A stretch of 64,000 bases of DNA from Candidatus Aegiribacteria sp. (GTDB lineage Bacteria; Fermentibacterota; Fermentibacteria; Fermentibacterales; JCC-6): NCBI GenBank assembly GCA_021108435.1, contig JAIOQY010000209.1:3864-67863 (forward strand), read 5' to 3'. Below the pieces are notes generated by a model, which was not told the origin of the DNA, searched no databases, and saw only the letters and a program-made list of their open reading frames with translations. The position numbers were made by a program, and so were the translations under genes. Positions within the stretch are counted from its first letter, which is position 1, and every line of letters starts with the position of its first letter. Shown in pieces: positions 57,761-64,000 of this stretch.

Positions 57761-59934
57761 ACAACCATCGCTCTTCTTGTCAGACGAGTATTAGAGATAT
57801 CCAGAACACAGAAATACAAACCTCCAGGCACCTGCGAACCATATGAATCAGTGCAGTTCCAGTAAGCAGTATGGGCTCCCGGTGTGTTTATCTGACCTGA
57901 TATATCCACAACTCTCCTGCCGGAAAGGTCGTATATAGCCAGGTCGGCACTACCGGCATCGCCAGAAGATATTGTTACCGGAATACAGGCCATACCGGAA
58001 ACAGGATTAGGGCTGATATGCCCGAGGCTTGTATGACCTGAAGGATGAATTTCAGGAGAGATTCCAAGATCGATCTGCGCCAGAACAGCATCGGAAGGCC
58101 AGGAAGGTCCAAAATCGGGATCCATCGTTACAACTCTGTACCAGAACTCTCCGGATTCGTGCTCCGTGAACGTATATGAGTTTACAGGAATATCGAGATC
58201 AATAAATTCGTTCTCCTCCCATACTTCCACAATAATATCATCGATATAAAGATCGCTTGCGCTTCCGGTTGTCTCCCATCTGAAGCTGAGTGTATCACCC
58301 TGCCATTCGTCCAGTTCATGTATGGAAAGCCGCCAGTTGGGGTCGTACCTGCCGAATGTCTGGAGATAATACCAGTTATCACCACTATCGTCTGATACTT
58401 CAATACTGCCCTGACAGCTGCCATCGGGAATATTGTAATAAGCCCAGAAGCTCAGTCTTCCACCGCCGTTCTCAGGTATCGCAACCGTTTCGGTCCAGGT
58501 CATCGTACCGGTTCCGCCTGAAAGGTAACTGCTTGGACCGGAATGATACTGAGAAGTGGTAGTGCTCCAGTTGCTCATAATAAATGGACCACCACTTCCA
58601 TCATCATCGAGCAAAACCTCATAACCGGTAAGCTCCTGAAGGGCATACGTCGCAGGCATTGAAGCCATATTCCAGTTTATTGTGAATGGCAAGGAAACCG
58701 GTCCGATTTCATCGATCACAACGATATCAGGAACGTGCGGATCAAGAGGGCAGCCAGCCAGAAACGCGGTAACAAGATAACTTCTGAGGTTTCTCCTTGA
58801 CAGTTTGAAGCTTTCAATATCTGAAGGCCAGAAACCGGCAAAATTAGCACCTGTTTCATGGTTCCAGCTCATTGCGCCGTATAATCCGTATGAGTGATCA
58901 CGAGTATTGCCGGAGGAGTAATAATTGATCTGGGCAGATGGGCCGTGCAGTTCTCCGGTTCCCCACTGAACCATTATCTCACCCTGAGTATCGTACTGCT
59001 CAACATGCGTGGTCGGATCATCCGTCCATCCCCATGGGTAGATCAGAATATTCCCGTAGGTATGGGTTGAATGCATCTGAACGGGAGGATGATCCTGCCA
59101 GAAAGCGTCAATATTGCCGGCCTCAGGCTCACTCAGAGGGCCCGTCCCGCGATAGGTCTCCGAAGATGGGCTGCCGCTCGATCCAGCTCCACCCCAGCCA
59201 ACGGACCAGTTCCTGTTCAGGTCGACACCGTAAATACCACCGCCATTATCACGCCGGTTCTTCCTCCACATACCATTGCCGTAACTGTAAGGCTCGTTAT
59301 AGACATAACCGTCCACATTGTTGCAGGGAAGACACCACAATTCGCGATTATCCAGCACATATGTAGCCTGGAGGCCGCAGAAACCGTTTCGGTTGTAATT
59401 ATCACAGAGCCATTGCATGAAGAATCGAAGATTTCTCATGGAGGCCGGCTCTCTTGCATGGATCAGACCATCATACCAGCAGTTGGGAAGTGTGGGATCA
59501 TCTACCCAGAAACTGTTATTCGATGACAGTTTTACAACTGTCTGCGGTCTGCCTTCGATAGTGTTACCTATCGAGGTAGGTGAGCTGGTAATATCAGCAA
59601 ATGTACTGTGCAACTCACTCATCCATGCGGATATCTCGCTCCAGGTCATGTATATACCGGTATTCCTGCCTCCACCATCGTACCTGTTGTTGTAAAAGCG
59701 TCCGAGATCATCGATCCTGGTGGTGAATGGTATTCCTGCCCGTAGAAGAACATCATATTCGTATTCGTTAGCAATAAAATCAATAGACCCGTCATCGTAT
59801 ACGTGGATGATTTCACAGGATATGGACAGGAATTCGGCCAATTCCCGATCACTCAAAGGTTTGTAATTCAGAAGCGAATATTGATTGCCAGTGGCAATCA
59901 CGGATACAATAAGCATCAATATCATATATTTCAT
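57754..59934 (-). CDS. secreted M14-family zinc carboxypeptidase with Por/T9SS-type C-terminal sorting domain (paralog of 20989-22452)
   Basis: Signal peptide. GLIHAREPAS. C-terminus ...ISPNPVSGMACIPV...LAIYDLSGRRVVD...GLYFCVLDISNTRLTRRAMVVW. Confidence 0.7.
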   Translation of the reverse strand: MKYMILMLIVSVIATGNQYSLLNYKPLSDRELAEFLSISCEIIHVYDDGSIDFIANEYEYDVLLRAGIPFTTRIDDLGRFYNNRYDGGGRNTGIYMTWSEISAWMSELHSTFADITSSPTSIGNTIEGRPQTVVKLSSNNSFWVDDPTLPNCWYDGLIHAREPASMRNLRFFMQWLCDNYNRNGFCGLQATYVLDNRELWCLPCNNVDGYVYNEPYSYGNGMWRKNRRDNGGGIYGVDLNRNWSVGWGGAGSSGSPSSETYRGTGPLSEPEAGNIDAFWQDHPPVQMHSTHTYGNILIYPWGWTDDPTTHVEQYDTQGEIMVQWGTGELHGPSAQINYYSSGNTRDHSYGLYGAMSWNHETGANFAGFWPSDIESFKLSRRNLRSYLVTAFLAGCPLDPHVPDIVVIDEIGPVSLPFTINWNMASMPATYALQELTGYEVLLDDDGSGGPFIMSNWSTTTSQYHSGPSSYLSGGTGTMTWTETVAIPENGGGRLSFWAYYNIPDGSCQGSIEVSDDSGDNWYYLQTFGRYDPNWRLSIHELDEWQGDTLSFRWETTGSASDLYIDDIIVEVWEENEFIDLDIPVNSYTFTEHESGEFWYRVVTMDPDFGPSWPSDAVLAQIDLGISPEIHPSGHTSLGHISPNPVSGMACIPVTISSGDAGSADLAIYDLSGRRVVDISGQINTPGAHTAYWNCTDSYGSQVPGGLYFCVLDISNTRLTRRAMVVW

Positions 59935-60028
59935 ATCTGTAATCCTCCAGTTGGGAAAAGCGCGAACAGTTCATTATTATATAAAAACATAATACACAGT
60001 TTCTGAATATAAGTCATGGGAGGCTTTC

Positions 60029-62044
60029 ATGTCAGACAGTTTCAGAGAACAGATTCGCCAGGGCATACCTGATTCAATACCGGAAACACCACCGGATCTC
60101 GCAGGAGTTGACCATGCCCCCGCCAGGCCGGACATACTCAATCCGACAGAGAAGAAACTCGCATTGAAGAACGCTCTTCGATACTTCCCTAAAAAGTGGC
60201 ACGCTCAACTGGCTCCGGAATTCGCGAGAGAACTGAAGGAGGAATGTAGAATCTATATGCGAAGATTCCGCCCCTCATACGAAATGAAAGCCCGTTCCAT
60301 AAGTGATTATCCGGCAAAAACACCTCAGGCCGCCGCTATTATGCTGATGATACAGAACAACCTTGATATCGCTGTGGCTCAGTATCCCCAGGAGCTTATC
60401 ACATACGGCGGTAATGGTACTGTATTTCAGAGCTGGGCTCAATACCTTCTTACGATGAAATACCTTTCAGAAATGACGGAGAACCAGACACTTGTACTCT
60501 ACTCCGGGCACCCCCTGGGGCTTTTCCCCTCACATCCGGACGCGCCAAGAGTTGTTCTCTCGAATGGCATGGTCATTCCCAACTACAGCTCAAAAACGGA
60601 TTACGACAGAATGGCTGCTCTGGGAGTAACAATGTACGGACAGATGACAGCAGGCAGTTTCATGTACATAGGCCCTCAGGGAATCGTCCACGGAACGACC
60701 ATAACGCTTCTGAACGCAGGTAGAAAATACCTGGACCTGGCCCCTGATGAAAACCTTGCAGGTAAACTGTTCGTTACATCAGGTCTGGGAGGAATGAGCG
60801 GCGCTCAGGCAAAGGCCTCCGTCATCGCCGGAGGAATTGGTCTGATTGCCGAAATCAACCCGAAAGCAATCAAGACAAGGTACGATCAGGGCTGGCTCCA
60901 GGAAGTCGAAAGCGATCTGGATAGAGTATTGCTGAGAATCGAAAGAGCCAGGAAAGAAAAGAAACCCCTGTCACTCGGATACGCGGGTAATGTGGTCGAT
61001 CTCTGGAAAAAACTTGCGGAAGAGGAAGTATCGGTTGATCTGGGAAGTGATCAGACCTCCCTTCACAATCCCTATCTCGGAGGATACTATCCCGCCGGTT
61101 TATCTTTTGATGAATCAAACAGGATGATGAATGATGATCCGGATGCCTTCCATGAGAAGGTTCAGGAGTCACTTCGAAACCAGGTTCGGGCGATAAACAC
61201 ACTTCATGCGAATGGAATGTACTTCTGGGATTACGGCAACGCGTTCCTTCTCGAAGCCTCCCGCGCGGGAGCGGATGGTATAAGAAAACCGGATGGAACA
61301 TTCTCATACCCTTCCTACGTTGAGGATATCATGGGTCCCATGTGCTTCGACTACGGTTTCGGACCATTCAGATGGGTATGCACTTCATGTGATCATGAAG
61401 ACCTCAGAAGATCGGATAATATCGCTGCGGAAGTACTTGAGAACATGTCGAAGGAGGCTGATCCGGAAATATCCCGTCAGATGATCGATAATGTTATCTG
61501 GATAAGACATGCTGAAGAAAATAGAATGGTTGTTGGATCCGAAGCCAGAATCCTGTATGCCGACAGACAGGGAAGAATAAATATCGCGCTTGCTTTCAAT
61601 CAGGCTATTGCGGATGGAGTGATCACAGCACCCATAGTCCTCGGAAGGGATCATCACGATGTCTCAGGCACTGATTCGCCATACCGCGAGACAGCAAATA
61701 TCGCGGACGGAAGCATGTTTACGGCTGATATGGCTATTCAGAATGTAATTGGTGATTCATTCAGAGGAGCAACCTGGGTTTCTATCCATAACGGAGGAGG
61801 AGTAGGCTGGGGTGAAGTAATTAACGGCGGCTTTGGTCTTCTGCTTGACGGTTCTCCGGAAGCAGGGAACCGTGCCCGCAATATGCTCACCTGGGATGTT
61901 TCCAACGGCCTTGCAAGACGATCCTGGGCCAGGAATAAAGGCGCTATTTATGCCATAAAAAAGGCAATGGATGACGAACCTGATATGAAGATAACAATTC
62001 CGGAAATCGCGGACGATGAAATAATCGAGAACTGTTTTAAATAG
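60029..62044 (+). CDS. hutU: urocanate hydratase (long ~670-aa form)
   Basis: NAD-binding ...VTSGLGGMSGAQAKAS.... Urocanase fold motifs ...SGHPLGLFP..., ...YIGPQGIVHGT.... Confidence 0.85.
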   Translation: MSDSFREQIRQGIPDSIPETPPDLAGVDHAPARPDILNPTEKKLALKNALRYFPKKWHAQLAPEFARELKEECRIYMRRFRPSYEMKARSISDYPAKTPQAAAIMLMIQNNLDIAVAQYPQELITYGGNGTVFQSWAQYLLTMKYLSEMTENQTLVLYSGHPLGLFPSHPDAPRVVLSNGMVIPNYSSKTDYDRMAALGVTMYGQMTAGSFMYIGPQGIVHGTTITLLNAGRKYLDLAPDENLAGKLFVTSGLGGMSGAQAKASVIAGGIGLIAEINPKAIKTRYDQGWLQEVESDLDRVLLRIERARKEKKPLSLGYAGNVVDLWKKLAEEEVSVDLGSDQTSLHNPYLGGYYPAGLSFDESNRMMNDDPDAFHEKVQESLRNQVRAINTLHANGMYFWDYGNAFLLEASRAGADGIRKPDGTFSYPSYVEDIMGPMCFDYGFGPFRWVCTSCDHEDLRRSDNIAAEVLENMSKEADPEISRQMIDNVIWIRHAEENRMVVGSEARILYADRQGRINIALAFNQAIADGVITAPIVLGRDHHDVSGTDSPYRETANIADGSMFTADMAIQNVIGDSFRGATWVSIHNGGGVGWGEVINGGFGLLLDGSPEAGNRARNMLTWDVSNGLARRSWARNKGAIYAIKKAMDDEPDMKITIPEIADDEIIENCFK

Positions 62045-62083
62045 ATATACTGATTAGGATTTTCTATTAAGAAAGAAATTATC

Positions 62084-63178
62084 ATGAAAAGTATTTCCGC
62101 TCTGCTTTTGATCCTGTCCGTTGCATGTCCATCCCTGGTTCTTGCATGGGGATTTCATGACGCGATGGACTACGGTTCTCCGATTGCTGCTGTAACTCCG
62201 AAATCAAGCGCTATGGGGGGAGTATGGTCAATGCCTTCAGGCGGTCCGGCATCGATATTCCTCAATCCGGCTGAATTATCCACACTGGATAGTGCGGTGA
62301 TAACAGTCGGAACAGGCGTTATTCAATGGAGTACTTTCACATATGGAGAGCACGCATTTTCACAGATTCTCAGCGGTACAATCCTTGGAACGGCTACTGC
62401 GGCTATCGGATTCAGATTAAGCGACAGGATCTCAATGGGAGCGGGAGTTGCAAGAGTCTCTGATTTCGGTTTCGAAGGTGAAAGCCTGGAGATCACATTA
62501 AACGGACCTGGAAGGTACAGGGTCTATGCGGCGAGCAATCTTGATTCCCGTGGCTCTCTTTGGGAAGTAAATACAGGGATGTCCTTCAAATTAAGCAACT
62601 GGCTCATCGCCGGTGCGTCGGGAGGGCTCAGATCCGGGAGCGGATCATGGACATTGGTGTATAATTTATTGTATGAATCAGTCCCGAATGACACCACCAG
62701 CCTGGACTGGGATGAGTTGGATTTCTGTGCTCATATAGGTGTACTAATGCCCCTTGAAATTGGAACTTTCGGGATATCAGGCACAAACGCAAGCGGTCGT
62801 TACCGTTCCAGGGTAGCAATCGGATATCAGAAAGATCTGGAAATCCTTAATGGAAGCACGCTTGGTTTTGAAGTCGATGTACAGTCTATTGAAGATGATA
62901 ATCCCGAAGTCTCAGGGAAGTTTTTCGCGGTTTTCGCGGAGATGATCCCAAAAGTCAGATCAATTTACAGTGTCGGTTTCGACCGAGCCTCCGATTACAA
63001 ACGTGCGGGACTCTGCCTTTCAACAGGAGCATGCATTGATCTGGGCAGAATGGATCTGGATATGGCAATTTCCTGGAGAAGCAGAAGCAGAGCTGGATTC
63101 AGCTTCCCGGAACCCCATCTCGACAACATTGATGATTCAGGAACTTACTATAACATCGGATTAAACTGGAAACTGTAA
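62084..63178 (+). CDS. putative outer-membrane beta-barrel protein
   Basis: Signal peptide MKSISALLLILSVACPSLVLA. Alternating strand pattern. 364 aa. Confidence 0.45.
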   Translation: MKSISALLLILSVACPSLVLAWGFHDAMDYGSPIAAVTPKSSAMGGVWSMPSGGPASIFLNPAELSTLDSAVITVGTGVIQWSTFTYGEHAFSQILSGTILGTATAAIGFRLSDRISMGAGVARVSDFGFEGESLEITLNGPGRYRVYAASNLDSRGSLWEVNTGMSFKLSNWLIAGASGGLRSGSGSWTLVYNLLYESVPNDTTSLDWDELDFCAHIGVLMPLEIGTFGISGTNASGRYRSRVAIGYQKDLEILNGSTLGFEVDVQSIEDDNPEVSGKFFAVFAEMIPKVRSIYSVGFDRASDYKRAGLCLSTGACIDLGRMDLDMAISWRSRSRAGFSFPEPHLDNIDDSGTYYNIGLNWKL

Positions 63179-63182
63179 ACCG

Positions 63183-63488
63183 TCAGGGCCTGATCTGTTC
63201 AGCTATGGATTGAGCGTAATTTCTCAGTTCATCTTGTATGTTCTGCCAGGATCCGCTTATTAACATCACGATTTCAGGAGTAATGGTCACTCTGAACTCT
63301 TCACTTCTGATAATTGATGTATTACCGGTAATATGAGATATCCGTCTGCCCATTATCACGCAGAATCGAATATTCAATCCGGGAAATCGATCCGGAAAAC
63401 CAGCCGCTTCCGATTCAAGTATTTTTCTTACATCTTTACTGACTGACAGATCGTATCTCCTATCGCCTGTGCCGATTGACAATCTCAT
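63183..63488 (-). CDS. small hypothetical protein
   Basis: ORF only (MRLSIGTGDRRYDLSVSKDVRKIL...). No recognisable motif. Convergent with the upstream gene. Confidence 0.3.
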   Translation of the reverse strand: MRLSIGTGDRRYDLSVSKDVRKILESEAAGFPDRFPGLNIRFCVIMGRRISHITGNTSIIRSEEFRVTITPEIVMLISGSWQNIQDELRNYAQSIAEQIRP

Positions 63489-63554
63489 CCTGAAATTGAA
63501 ATATACACAAATATACATAATTGATATTTCATAATATCTGAAAGAAAGGAAAAA

Positions 63555-64000
63555 ATGAAAACACTTACTCTGTCATCCGTAATTATGCTGGCGGTATTCC
63601 TCGCATGCGGTGGTAACGGTAATCCGGGAGACGCCGTAATAGAAATGTTTGAAGCCATCCAGGCCGGTAACGGCGAAAGAGCTGTATCGTTCATGTCCAG
63701 CAGCGCTCTTGATGAAATGGAGATCCAGCTGGAAACCATCAAACTGGATCCTGAGATGTCTGCTCAGCAGCTCAGCTCTATGGGAATAGAACTTGATGCG
63801 GACGAAATCCCTGACATGACAGCAAAGGATTTCATGATAGCCATGATTTCTTCTCCAATGATAACAGGCATGATGCAGTCAGCAGAAATTACTGTTGGAG
63901 AAGTCACAATCGATGGAGACATAGCACAGGTTGAAGTTACATCCTCCATTATGGATCAGACTGAAACAAACATCATTGATGTCGTGCTTGAAGAAGGAAA
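63555..64000 (+). CDS. lipoprotein (lipobox FLAC), 3'-truncated by the window end; N-domain paralogous to the C-domain of the repeat protein at 46324-47175
   Basis: MKTLTLSSVIMLAVFLACGGNGNPGDAVIEMFEAIQAGNGERAV.... Not in the ORF track because it has no stop in the window. Confidence 0.5.
   Translation, partial: MKTLTLSSVIMLAVFLACGGNGNPGDAVIEMFEAIQAGNGERAVSFMSSSALDEMEIQLETIKLDPEMSAQQLSSMGIELDADEIPDMTAKDFMIAMISSPMITGMMQSAEITVGEVTIDGDIAQVEVTSSIMDQTETNIIDVVLEEG

Overview
This 64 kb window is a gene-dense stretch of bacterial chromosome, about 85% coding, with most genes on the minus strand in long co-directional operons. The housekeeping genes I recognise are purH, nadE, rnr, pcm, rarA, apt, rpsT, glgC, glmS plus a glmM-like mutase, archaeal-type leuCD, pyrBI, queH, yebC-ruvCAB, pepD, pepT and hutU. 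There are three tRNA genes (Pro-CGG, Pro-GGG and Thr-CGU), all on the minus strand. I found no rRNA, CRISPR array, transposase, integrase or phage gene. Three secreted proteins end in a Por/T9SS-type C-terminal sorting domain, two of them M14 carboxypeptidases and one an FG-GAP protein. That, with heavy AGA/AGG arginine codon use and frequent GTG/TTG starts, suggests an FCB-superphylum-like organism. The most unusual items are: (1) an operon of a soluble hybrid histidine kinase translationally coupled to three paralogous MJ0042-type zinc-ribbon proteins, directly upstream of yebC-ruvCAB; (2) a roughly 160 bp element closed by an 18-22 bp perfect inverted repeat between convergent genes; (3) two genes, a CNNM/CorC paralog and yihY, whose conserved N-termini lie upstream of any ATG/GTG/TTG, which points to CUG initiation, in one case as a CTGA stop/start overlap with a strong Shine-Dalgarno; (4) a membrane-protein gene sandwiched between two tRNA-Pro isoacceptors; (5) a DUF2089 / small-membrane / SHOCT / YchF-like cluster where the GTPase has an Arg-substituted P-loop; (6) a J-domain-TPR gene coupled to an hspR-like MerR gene; (7) arsR plus an ArsP-like permease fused to an HMA domain. 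All protein assignments come from reading motifs in the supplied translations and my own reverse-complement translations. I could run no database searches.
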